From a virus (lineage: Duplodnaviria; Caudoviricetes), in IMG/VR virus record IMGVR_UViG_3300034118_001689, positions 1-24,497 of that record: 24,497 nt of DNA, one strand, 5' to 3'. Positions 8,001 through 16,101 of the stretch are shown in pieces. The position numbers and the translations under genes were made by a program. The notes under the pieces are model-generated. The model was given only the letters and a program-made list of their open reading frames with translations. It did not search any database and was not told the origin of the DNA. Within the stretch, counting starts at the first letter, position 1. Each line of letters opens with the position of its first letter.

Positions 8001-11000
8001 GTCACATGCGCAAAATGCGTAAAGACAAAGAGGGCGTTTCGCTCTCTTCTGGTGCAAAGAACGAGTGGGCCACTTCGCGTGGGTATGAGCCTGACAGATT
8101 TGACCTTCGTGAGGCAACAAACCAAATAGGTCGCGGAAACATCATGGCCATCTCTGGCGGTCGTGTTGAGCGCAGAGGAAACGAGATGGTTCTTCCTTCA
8201 ACAAAGGACCAGCAAGTCGTTATCGGTTATAACTCCGTCCCAGACCTCTACTACGTCAGAGCTGAACAAAAAATCAATACAGGTAAAGACAAGGGCAAAA
8301 ACAGAATTCTTGCTCAGTGGGATGAAGTTTATGCTGACGAACTTGGCGAACTTGCATATCAAGCAAGTCTCAAGCCAGCAAATCTGAATAACGAGAACAA
8401 AGAGTACTGGAAGCTTGGTAAGGGAAATCAATTCGCTGACAGAATTGTTGACAGGAGAAACGGAAAACTTGTAGATAGAGATTCAGAGAACCTCCCATCT
8501 GCACCATCGAAAGACGAAACTCCTTCGCTGTCTTCTGGTGGACGGGGTCGTGATTATTACAACTACGACATTGAAACAAGCGACGATGGCAATAATCTTC
8601 TTGACCAAATCCACGATGCGTTAGAGGAAAATCCACTTATCAAGGATGACATCACTGCCGATATGGCGGACATGCTTGGTGGAGACGGGATAGTTGAAGC
8701 CAATGGTTTTGACACGCAAAAGGCTTTTAATCTTGTAACTGGAAGCGATGATGAGTTCCAGGACTACATGGACATCGTTGACGATGCAATGGACGCACTG
8801 GAAAACGGCTCTCTTGCAAAACACAAAGCAACAGTGCGTGATGCGAACGTAAGACTCGATTCAGCAAAGCCTGGAAGTAATGAAGCAGGGAAGCTTGAAG
8901 CACTTCGCGACAGGTCGTATGAGTGGATTGGTGACATCAACAAGTATTCACGTGTTTCTACAATTAAAGACAAGAAGAATATTGAAGCCAGTGACGTAGC
9001 AACACGAATGATTTCCAAGGAGCAAGACGCACTCTGGAACGCTCGTTCTGCAATAACAGAAAAATACATAGAAGATATCGCTTCTGCTAGAAAAGAATCT
9101 AAGCGTCGTGTTCCTATTGAGAAGATTGATTCTGATAGAAATACGGTTCCTGATTACGATTTGGCACTTTCTTCTGGAAGCGTCATGAAAGATGCTCCAT
9201 TATCGAAAACTCTTGCTTCAAAGAAGGACGGAATTACCTTATCTTCTGGTGAGTTGCAAGCTACCTACAATGAAATTGGGAAATCAATACTAGAAGCATT
9301 AATCGAGATGGACAAAAATCCAAATCAAACATATTGGGATGTGCCGTGGAGAACGCCAACTCTGTACGCAAGAAATCCAACTAGAAAAAATCGAATATAC
9401 CAGGGCATGAATCAAATACTCCTTGCCCATACCCATAGGAAGAATAATTACCGTGGAAACTTCTGGGCTGGAGAGTCACAATGGGCGAAATTTGGAGGGA
9501 AACCAAAAAAGGGAGAAGAACCTGTATCGATTCTCGTCCCAATAGAGGGAACAATTCCAAGGAAATACAAACTAGAAAAGGTATTGAACCTTGACCAAAT
9601 GGAAGGCCTTCCAGAAGCATACGTAACGAAACTTCTAGATGTTGGCAAAGAACGTCTTGACCCTGCGCTAAAAGTCAAGGACGCTGAGTCCGTCATAGAT
9701 GAACTAAAGCCAGTTATTAAATTTGGTGGAGATGAGGCATTCTTTTCTCCGAGCGGAGATTACATTCAGATGCCGCCTTATGAAATGTTCAAATCACCAG
9801 AGCAGTATTACGGAACGCTTTTTCATGAAGCAACTCACTGGACCGGAGGCTCTGCACGCATTAATAGGCAGACCATAAAAGACTATGCGAAAAACAAAAA
9901 GATTCGCGCAGCAGAAGAATTGATTGCAGAAATGGGCTCCTCATTTCTTCTTGCCGCTATTGGCATATCCCCGCAGGTTAGAACAGACCATGTTGTCTAT
10001 ATAAAAGGTTGGATTTCAAACCTTAAAGAAGACCCAGGTGCATTTATTAAGGCCCTACAACAGGCACAGTCGGCAGCTGACTACATTCTTGATAGGTCGC
10101 CAACATTGAGAAGACTTTCTGGCGTGCCGGAAGAACAACGCAAGGCAAAGCCACCGAAAACCATAATTAAGCCTGCTAAAGAAATAGCCGAAGAGGGTGT
10201 GTCTCTGTCTTCTGGCAGACTCCCAGAGCCTTGGCAGTTGCGCGATGATGTGCGATATTTCGGAGATGAATCTCAATATGGTTCTGGAGTAATTTCCAGA
10301 GACTCTAAGGGTCGGGTCCGCGATGCAGCAGGTGGTCTCTCGCTTTCAAGCGGAGCAAGCCGAGTAAAAAATCTTAAGACTGGAGAAGAAGTTCCAGCAT
10401 TGCTTGAAGACGATGAATCTTATGCTGAAAAGTTTCTCGGAGAAAAAGATTTTGAGCCAACTCAGCAGCAAAAAGCTGCAATCGATACGGCAATGCACAT
10501 GGTTGACAAGAAAAAGGGCAGCCTTGTCATAGGTGCCGGAGCCGGTTCTGGAAAAACTTCGACAATGAAGCAAATTGCAAAAGTGTTGAATAAAATTATT
10601 CCGGATGGAAAAATCTACTACACGGTATTCAACGCCGGAAACGCAAAAGACGGCAATAAAACAATGCCTAGGAATACTGGAGTTGCAACAACTAATCGAA
10701 TTGCCTATTGGTCACTCCTACTCGGTGGTGATACCGGAATATATGGTCAGGGAACAACAAAAAAGATGCAGTTAAGTGCAACAAAGAAATTTTCAAAAAG
10801 ACTTCCAGGCTCGCAAGCGGACAAGGTTATTAATGCAACTATGTTCGATGGTTCAGAGAAGCAATTCATTGGCAGAGAACCGGGATGGTCTGACCTCGGA
10901 TATATAGCGCCAGACTCAATAGAAGGTGTACAAAACATCTTGCTCCAACTCGATGCAGAAAAGAAACTTCCGTCAACAGTTTCAATCGATGACGAAAGCT

Positions 11001-14000
11001 CCAAACAACTGCATCGTGCATTAAAACATTATGCAATTACCGATATGGACTCTCCAACCGCTTTTCATTTTGGTCCGACAGTGTCAGAGTATGCTGCCGC
11101 CCTTTTGGCTGACCCTAATTTTGAGTTCGATGAGTCGGCGGTTGACAAGGACATGGTTGAAACTTTAAACCTAATTTGGGGAAAATTAATAGACCCTAAA
11201 TCAAATGTCGTACCAACACGGGATTTCCAAATAAAAATGTGGGCCCTCACGAAACCAGACCTTAGAACAGACCCTGGTCTTATCGGACACAGACCAGAAG
11301 TGGACAAGGTTGAGAGGGTGAGCGTAGGAACTGACCTCGATATTGATAGTGGAAAACTTGCAATTGGGAAAACGGTAACTGGAATCGTGGATAAGCAGGA
11401 AGTAACTGGCGTAATCCTGTCTTTGCAAAAATCAACAAGACGTTCTGCCGATGGTACATATAAAGTAACTGCAAAATTATCTGTCTCCAACTCAGATAAC
11501 GACAGACCATTCGACATATTCATGTTTGACGAGGCTCAAGACATGAACGACGTAATGGCAAAAGTCCTTACGGATAATGCTTTAAATATGCCAATAATTA
11601 TGGTCGGAGATTCCAGGCAGGCAATCTACGCCTTCCGAGGCTCTATCGATGGTCTGTCAAAACAAGATGCAACATACAGAATTCCATTGACGCAGTCTTT
11701 TAGGTATGGCTCAAACATACAACACCTTGCAAATATTGTCCTTATGAGAGAAAACCTTTCGGATGTCGAATGGCACGATTTGATGGTGGCCCAGGGAGTT
11801 GAGCCAGGATTTACTCCGGTCTATCATCATGTTAAGGGTTCTGCTCAGGATGTTGTTCGTGAGACGCTCAAAATAACAGACGACAATGGCAAGAGACTTC
11901 CTAAAAAAGAACTAAATAAAAAATTGTCATTTATAGAAAAAACTCTCACCTTGGACAATTCTGCTGTAAGTTTCAGCGGGCTGTCATCCACAGAAGTAGA
12001 CGAACTCTTAGATGAACTGAGGGCCGAACATGTTAACTCTGCCATGGGTGAAATCGTCGAAAACATGACTAATCCGGATGCAATCATCAACTCCACAAAT
12101 AGGGGTGTTTATGAAGAGGCGATGGGCGTTATCAGAAGAGGTATAGAGAGTCACCAGATGGCATACCTTGAGCTGGTAGTACAGCTAGACGGTGCATCAA
12201 AACAAAATCTTCCACGCATATATAGAGAGATTTCTGAAAGATATAGGCTGAATGGGAAAAGCGTAAATCTTTTAGACGAGAATCTTACTGATGATGAAAG
12301 AAATACAATCATCGAAGAATTAATTGAAGAACATGCTCCTGGCGGAGAAGATGGAATGGTCCCAGCAATAGGAATCCCGGCAGATACTCATAAGAAAATG
12401 ATGGATTTCTACACCCAGCTTGACTGGATAGAGAATAATAAAGACACTTTTGGCAAAGATGGAAGGCCCCCGGTTTCGGATAAACTCCAGGGCATCTGGG
12501 ATAAAGTTGGTGGTGTTGACCCAAGCCCTGAAGAGATAAGAAGACGGCTGCAAAGAAAAGTTCAAGACGACGCGGAAACGGGAACGCTCTACAGACTCGC
12601 TCATCCGACAAAAGTTGACCCAGCGCAACATATTGGCGCCAGGGGAATGTTGGCATACCTCAAACCGGACGGACAAAGTTATACGACTAACGGCGGTGAA
12701 GTTAAGAGGTATCAAGCATTAAAACCAATTAGGGAAGGTCTCAGCATTCCAGCAATGGAAGTTACTGGAGATAACGTCACCGTTGAAAAATTATTGGCTC
12801 ATGCCAAGCTTCCGCCTAAGTCAGTTAGTCGCGGCAGACAATCAAAAATGGGACACATAATACAACCGCAAAGCGAATCGATACAACAAGGAGAGGTATT
12901 CCTAAAGCTCCAGTTGGACGATGACGATAATTGGACCGGAGCCGTTATGGTCGGTGGGGTTGGCGCGCATGGTGGAAAATATGAATATAGGTCGTGGATG
13001 AATGGAATACTTCCAGGAGGTGGGAGAGGTGGTCCAGTTGGGTGGGGAACCATTCGAACCGCAACTAACACGCAAAATGTTCAGCCAAATTATCACGGTG
13101 ATATTGAAAAAGCAGTAAAAAAACTAAAGAAAAAATACCCGAACGCAACAATTTCATTTGAGATGGAGCAACAACAGGCCGATGGAAAGTCTGCTCAATT
13201 CCCAGTTAATACTGACGTAGATGCACCAGTGACCTTGGATGGCAAAGGTAATCCAAACCTTGATACGCCTCGAATCAAATTCCCAGCTTGGATAGTAAAG
13301 GGAAGAGATGACGAGGAAACGGCACAAATAGTCAATGCGCTTGGTGACATGGTGAGAGAGTCTGCAAAAGGCGGAGACACCGATGTCGACGTAATGACGA
13401 CCCACATATCAAAAGGAAGGGAATATGCAAACGTCCAGGCTGGAGAAGACTTTTCAGACCCAGACACCATGGTCCCAATATTAAGTGAAGAACAAAGAGA
13501 AAAAATATCAAAACTCCCTAATGGCTTGAAGATAATTAGAGCGCTTGAGATAAACAGAAGGCAAGAAGAAAATAAAGTCTACATTTTGCTAACACGTGCA
13601 ATGAGAAGACTTGACCCAGGCAGAGCAATATCTAAATACTATTTTAGTGACACAAAAGAAGATGGGACTCCTAACACAAGAACCATAAATTCAAAGGCGG
13701 CAATAAAAAATGACGTTATTGTCGACGGCAAAAAAATATACGAAGACTTGCAGATACCTGAAGGATTTAGGGCTCCATATGAGACAAGTCCAGAGCAAGC
13801 CGAAATTGACGAAAGAGAAAGAGCAGCAGTAGAAAAAAAACTTGACGACTCAATGGTCGCATTTACTAAAAAGATGAAAGAACGTCTCGATGCCGAAGAA
13901 GCAGAAGCAAAAAGAAAAGCTGAAGAAAGAAAGAAATCAGGGAAGAAAGACGGTCCGATTGCGGAAGATGAAGAAGAAGAAGAAGACTCCGATGAGCCAG

Positions 14001-15961
14001 ACTTCAGTGATTCAGGAGTTGACCCAAATATAAGCTCCCTTGCTTTTGACTCGAGCGGTGGTCCAATTCTTTCCCTCAGCTCTGGCGCTAAAAAGAAAAC
14101 TAATAGAGCAAATAGACGCTTGCCATTCAACGAGCAAGATAGACAGAATATTGCAGATAGAAATATCCTGCGCTCAAAGAAGGTCCCAAAGAAGAAAAAG
14201 CCAGCCCCATCAGCAGATGAATTCGATGACCTAGCTCTTGCTTCTGGAGCCAATACCCCAGAGGGTAGATATGCGCGAAGACTGAGGGCAATTAGCCTTT
14301 CAAGCGGTAGCGATGACATCGGTGCTGGAGCGAGAAATCAGCGAGTTAGTGGCAAAAAATTTGCCAGCAATATAGCCGGACCTCGCGACCTAGCAGCAAT
14401 ACGGATTGATGGCGACCCAAGAAGAAACGATAAAGCAAAACGCAAACTTGATTATGCGATGAAGTTTTGGCGTGGGGTTAGAGAGCGCGGAATTGCACTC
14501 GACCCACAAGATACAACAGCTGAACGCAAAGCCATCGATATAAAGAATGCTATTAATTCAGTATCCAAAGGAATGGCTGCAAGACCAAAAGTTAAAATTG
14601 GAAAAGTTTCATCAAATCAAGTAAAAGATGAAGTAAATCCAGATGAATGGTTTGTCCCTGTTTCGAAACTTAGAGATGCAGTAAGAATTCCAACAGAGTT
14701 TTCTAGCTACCCAGTTGACCCTGATAACCCAAATAGCAGAATGATTGCGCGCTGGACACAGACACGCCCACTTAACAATGATGAGCTTGGGAAGATGTTG
14801 GCGTTGAGTAAGTCAGACATAGCAAAACTGTCTGATGACGATGCAGGAATAACTCACGACGCAGTTCGTTTCTTGCTTTCAGAAATCGGAAAGCAGGATG
14901 GATTTGATGCCTGGAGGCTTTTCGCCCCAACATCAGAAAAAGAAGAAGGAGTCAGCGAAATGACCCCATCTGAGAAGTTCGTCGAAAACCTTGGCAGAGC
15001 CAATATGCGCGACAGATTCATCATCGAGACATTTGGCAAGGATGCATTCCCTTACTGGGTTGACAAGGAAGAGAATGCTGTAATAAGTCAAAAGGAATAT
15101 GCGTCACTTGGTGAAGTAAGTGAAACTGGAAAATTCAGGTCTACTGGAATATTCAGTAAGAAGCGCGGCGAGTCAGAATTTGCCTCAACGGCAGAAGAAA
15201 TGCTCCTTGAAGAGGCAGTTTTTGGTGGCGACGATGGTCCTGGCGATTTTGTCAAGCAGACGATAGTCAACGCTGCTTCGGCTCCATCAGACAAGACTTC
15301 AAGAGAACAGTTTGATATTGGTCAGCTCCTTGATTCCCTTGGTATCGAAGAAGGCGGCAACTGGCACGATGAGCTGCGTAAGCGACTTATTGAGGCCTTT
15401 GGGACAGATGATGTTGGCCTATCTTCAAGGGAAATAGCTAGACAGTGGGAAACTGGCGGTGTTCCGACCACCTACATCAATGAAATGATTAGAACTGGTG
15501 TCATCCCAGATGCTAAGTCAGTGTGGAAAAAGGATGAGGCTGGGAAAAAGCTTGATGCAGAATTGGCCGCATCAAAGCACTCCGTCTACGAGGCCCTCTA
15601 CGAGTTCACCCAGGCAAAGCATTCCGCCGACAAAGCCAAAAACACCAGACGGAATAGGGACTATATTCTCGGGTCAACTGACTTCACCGTTTCACACAAG
15701 GGTGTGGCAGCAAGAAAGGGAGCCACATTCTCAAAGAAGACTGGAGACGAAAGAAGATTCAGTCAGAGCGAGCTTCAAGATGTTGTAAATCGTTTTAATG
15801 AAATATTTGGAACGAACTACAAGATTGACGATATCTTCAGTGCCGAGCAGCTTCGCAACGCAACAAAGCGTCTTCGCGAAGACGGGAAAACCCTTTATGG
15901 AGAAGATGGACCAGAGCTAGGCAAGAGGGTCGTTATGAAGAAAGATAGTAATAAAAAATAG
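5093..15961 (+). CDS. Giant polyvalent protein: HK97-type prohead protease fused to HiPIP-like, HTH, ArdC and UvrD-like helicase domains plus unknown modules (about 3622 aa)
   Basis: Single open frame. The ORF track starts at TTG 5081; ATG 5093 is the more likely start. Domain motifs are given in the sub-features below. Eleven LSSG and one LASG motifs lie at module boundaries. Confidence 0.9.
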   Translation: MSKETFEYKTTSVSGSQQIKGAVGLDEMQGIVECFVAGIGNKDSVGDVCASGAFTKSLLRRKPRVVWGHNWNDPIGKVLEIYEVGPQDPRLPMKMKIAGIGGLFAKVQFNLQSEKGKEAFANVAFFGEEQEWSIGYKTLRAQFDQKSQANILYEVELYEVSPVLHGANQLTGTISVKGDDSSYGNPVMVMPEQDERNGYEEMEKELSRLFNAKVSVHSIDGDEVVFTRHEMSGAKKYKCGFMRNHGRYMFGTPEMISVPQNPQAAPMPVVSGRPTPPNEPQRIVRPQQMPSIPVAVKPGDNGVVMIPLPSVQYDASPKMSLDKEEADLRDALLKIVARHGKFNEDSNGVWAGYYPPAENPVARIGVKCANCVFYKGGSNCKIIDMPVEPEGKCRFAVIPNGVVLSSGSKELEEHASEAEDAIMETLELKYPGEFVLGVLRNAVGKRKKRRKKYKNLAEFGDEDDMGEKSYLIPVETDFAFSVKTALDPVFDYYRAETFVDKEGIVITSGVTEDLIDAVDTALYNLKKKFPNHEIEGKSLGYRIGRSLASRAIDRPSIGGKRRGGRGFGMPEGDLDPRTRVDKNRDGTLFDNIPGWEQPDPTPDGPGSINNPKLSSAQRRDVASIPGEGEKTKPADGEIIKSRKPKYTADDLGEILGEKKKPAKKAVAKKAPVKKEKVKRGELDFAKGPKKDKTPSLSSGESDKRLTRHSGDPKFESLVSPEELEKRKKFEEVIKDWKDSGYGWTDVPRYKPDAYRSPDYLRGREMGVNQARVMWLGDKTNPRPAKFEDKNTSSVAYRDWYSGMVMRAGTFLDASRGDDNEFYNGMEDAIHEFMYNNRPDATGFRGIGPDGKDGLSDWMRQYGFDSLSPTPLRKKKEGKKRSSLSLSSGADDDTRPNFDEENYESDTNVDFYDTILDMMGPEDDRPKVSSRKKQMSDEEIYRKRTTTGASLQDVAEELGLTRMEVRKREQRHMRKMRKDKEGVSLSSGAKNEWATSRGYEPDRFDLREATNQIGRGNIMAISGGRVERRGNEMVLPSTKDQQVVIGYNSVPDLYYVRAEQKINTGKDKGKNRILAQWDEVYADELGELAYQASLKPANLNNENKEYWKLGKGNQFADRIVDRRNGKLVDRDSENLPSAPSKDETPSLSSGGRGRDYYNYDIETSDDGNNLLDQIHDALEENPLIKDDITADMADMLGGDGIVEANGFDTQKAFNLVTGSDDEFQDYMDIVDDAMDALENGSLAKHKATVRDANVRLDSAKPGSNEAGKLEALRDRSYEWIGDINKYSRVSTIKDKKNIEASDVATRMISKEQDALWNARSAITEKYIEDIASARKESKRRVPIEKIDSDRNTVPDYDLALSSGSVMKDAPLSKTLASKKDGITLSSGELQATYNEIGKSILEALIEMDKNPNQTYWDVPWRTPTLYARNPTRKNRIYQGMNQILLAHTHRKNNYRGNFWAGESQWAKFGGKPKKGEEPVSILVPIEGTIPRKYKLEKVLNLDQMEGLPEAYVTKLLDVGKERLDPALKVKDAESVIDELKPVIKFGGDEAFFSPSGDYIQMPPYEMFKSPEQYYGTLFHEATHWTGGSARINRQTIKDYAKNKKIRAAEELIAEMGSSFLLAAIGISPQVRTDHVVYIKGWISNLKEDPGAFIKALQQAQSAADYILDRSPTLRRLSGVPEEQRKAKPPKTIIKPAKEIAEEGVSLSSGRLPEPWQLRDDVRYFGDESQYGSGVISRDSKGRVRDAAGGLSLSSGASRVKNLKTGEEVPALLEDDESYAEKFLGEKDFEPTQQQKAAIDTAMHMVDKKKGSLVIGAGAGSGKTSTMKQIAKVLNKIIPDGKIYYTVFNAGNAKDGNKTMPRNTGVATTNRIAYWSLLLGGDTGIYGQGTTKKMQLSATKKFSKRLPGSQADKVINATMFDGSEKQFIGREPGWSDLGYIAPDSIEGVQNILLQLDAEKKLPSTVSIDDESSKQLHRALKHYAITDMDSPTAFHFGPTVSEYAAALLADPNFEFDESAVDKDMVETLNLIWGKLIDPKSNVVPTRDFQIKMWALTKPDLRTDPGLIGHRPEVDKVERVSVGTDLDIDSGKLAIGKTVTGIVDKQEVTGVILSLQKSTRRSADGTYKVTAKLSVSNSDNDRPFDIFMFDEAQDMNDVMAKVLTDNALNMPIIMVGDSRQAIYAFRGSIDGLSKQDATYRIPLTQSFRYGSNIQHLANIVLMRENLSDVEWHDLMVAQGVEPGFTPVYHHVKGSAQDVVRETLKITDDNGKRLPKKELNKKLSFIEKTLTLDNSAVSFSGLSSTEVDELLDELRAEHVNSAMGEIVENMTNPDAIINSTNRGVYEEAMGVIRRGIESHQMAYLELVVQLDGASKQNLPRIYREISERYRLNGKSVNLLDENLTDDERNTIIEELIEEHAPGGEDGMVPAIGIPADTHKKMMDFYTQLDWIENNKDTFGKDGRPPVSDKLQGIWDKVGGVDPSPEEIRRRLQRKVQDDAETGTLYRLAHPTKVDPAQHIGARGMLAYLKPDGQSYTTNGGEVKRYQALKPIREGLSIPAMEVTGDNVTVEKLLAHAKLPPKSVSRGRQSKMGHIIQPQSESIQQGEVFLKLQLDDDDNWTGAVMVGGVGAHGGKYEYRSWMNGILPGGGRGGPVGWGTIRTATNTQNVQPNYHGDIEKAVKKLKKKYPNATISFEMEQQQADGKSAQFPVNTDVDAPVTLDGKGNPNLDTPRIKFPAWIVKGRDDEETAQIVNALGDMVRESAKGGDTDVDVMTTHISKGREYANVQAGEDFSDPDTMVPILSEEQREKISKLPNGLKIIRALEINRRQEENKVYILLTRAMRRLDPGRAISKYYFSDTKEDGTPNTRTINSKAAIKNDVIVDGKKIYEDLQIPEGFRAPYETSPEQAEIDERERAAVEKKLDDSMVAFTKKMKERLDAEEAEAKRKAEERKKSGKKDGPIAEDEEEEEDSDEPDFSDSGVDPNISSLAFDSSGGPILSLSSGAKKKTNRANRRLPFNEQDRQNIADRNILRSKKVPKKKKPAPSADEFDDLALASGANTPEGRYARRLRAISLSSGSDDIGAGARNQRVSGKKFASNIAGPRDLAAIRIDGDPRRNDKAKRKLDYAMKFWRGVRERGIALDPQDTTAERKAIDIKNAINSVSKGMAARPKVKIGKVSSNQVKDEVNPDEWFVPVSKLRDAVRIPTEFSSYPVDPDNPNSRMIARWTQTRPLNNDELGKMLALSKSDIAKLSDDDAGITHDAVRFLLSEIGKQDGFDAWRLFAPTSEKEEGVSEMTPSEKFVENLGRANMRDRFIIETFGKDAFPYWVDKEENAVISQKEYASLGEVSETGKFRSTGIFSKKRGESEFASTAEEMLLEEAVFGGDDGPGDFVKQTIVNAASAPSDKTSREQFDIGQLLDSLGIEEGGNWHDELRKRLIEAFGTDDVGLSSREIARQWETGGVPTTYINEMIRTGVIPDAKSVWKKDEAGKKLDAELAASKHSVYEALYEFTQAKHSADKAKNTRRNRDYILGSTDFTVSHKGVAARKGATFSKKTGDERRFSQSELQDVVNRFNEIFGTNYKIDDIFSAEQLRNATKRLREDGKTLYGEDGPELGKRVVMKKDSNKK
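5180..5620 (+). other. Prohead (maturation) serine protease domain, HK97/Peptidase S78 type
   Basis: GNKDSVGD...GAFTKSL, VVWGHNWNDPIGK (His at 5297), EWSIGY (Ser at 5489) and LYEVSPVLHGAN. Directly downstream of the portal. Confidence 0.92.
6140..6290 (+). other. HiPIP-like four-cysteine metal or Fe-S binding domain
   Basis: WAGY...KCANCVFYKGGSNCKIIDMPVEPEGKCRF, giving C-x2-C-x8-C-x12-C (Cys codons at 6194, 6203, 6230, 6269), with G-x-C at the last Cys as in HiPIPs. Confidence 0.55.
7895..8020 (+). other. Sigma-70 region 4-like helix-turn-helix domain
   Basis: SDEEIYRKRTTTGASLQDVAEELGLTRMEVRKREQRHMRKMR matches the region-4 pattern (T/S)L-x-E(I/V)A/G-xx-L-G-(L/V)-T-R-E-R-V-R-Q-x-E-x-(R/K)-A-L-x-K-L-R. 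Confidence 0.75.
9251..10100 (+). other. ardC: ArdC-like antirestriction module (ssDNA-binding N-domain plus zincin-like metallopeptidase)
   Basis: WDVPW, YQGMNQILL, QWAKFGGKPKKGE, AFFSPSGDYIQMP, YYGTLFHEATHWTG (HExxH at 9824-9838), EELIAEMGS, YIKGWISNLKEDP and AQSAADYIL. Confidence 0.9.
10450..13610 (+). other. Superfamily 1 UvrD/Rep-like helicase with large insertions
   Basis: Q motif PTQQQ, Walker A GAGAGSGKTS (10532), motif Ia TVFN, Walker B FDEAQD (11528), III VGDSRQAIYAFRG, IV LTQSFRYG, V TTHISKGRE (about 13400) and VI YILLTRA (about 13590). Confidence 0.9.
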
Positions 15962-16012
15962 AATAAAAACCGGACTACATTTTTACTGAAACCACTCAAT
16001 ACTGCTAATCCA

Positions 16013-16092
16013 TTGCAGGGGCTCGTGGTAGGTTATAATTTAGACCATTAACAAATGGTAGATGTCCCTAGGGATATTTGCCTGCAAATCTC
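16013..16092 (+). promoter_or_regulatory. Candidate promoter (TATAAT at 16034-16039) followed by three adjacent inverted repeats
   Basis: Perfect -10 hexamer in the intergenic gap; TTGCAG at 16013 is only 15 nt upstream, so the -35 is uncertain. Inverted repeats: ACCATT-N4-AATGGT (16044-16059), ATGTCCCTAGGGATAT (16062-16077) and ATTTGC-CT-GCAAAT (16076-16089). Confidence 0.5.
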
Positions 16093-16101
16093 AGGAGTCA
16101 T

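Noticed and set aside
10600-13400. Inteins in the helicase or terminase
   Set aside because: No C/S-start with HN-C/S/T end splice motifs and no homing endonuclease motifs were seen.
7178-14308. LSSG-encoding DNA (ctNtcNtctgg) as a CRISPR array or DNA recombination repeat
   Set aside because: Spacing is irregular (60-3700 bp), copies are always in frame, and synonymous codons vary, including agc/agt. The constraint is on the peptide. A secondary role as microhomology for module shuffling is not excluded.
13639-14319. 226-aa reverse-strand ORF and the many other antisense or alternate-frame ORFs (e.g. 6712-7272, 16107-16571, 2707-2916)
   Set aside because: They are shadows of the real genes, mostly Ser/Phe/Leu-rich mirrors of Glu/Lys codons, with no motifs of their own.
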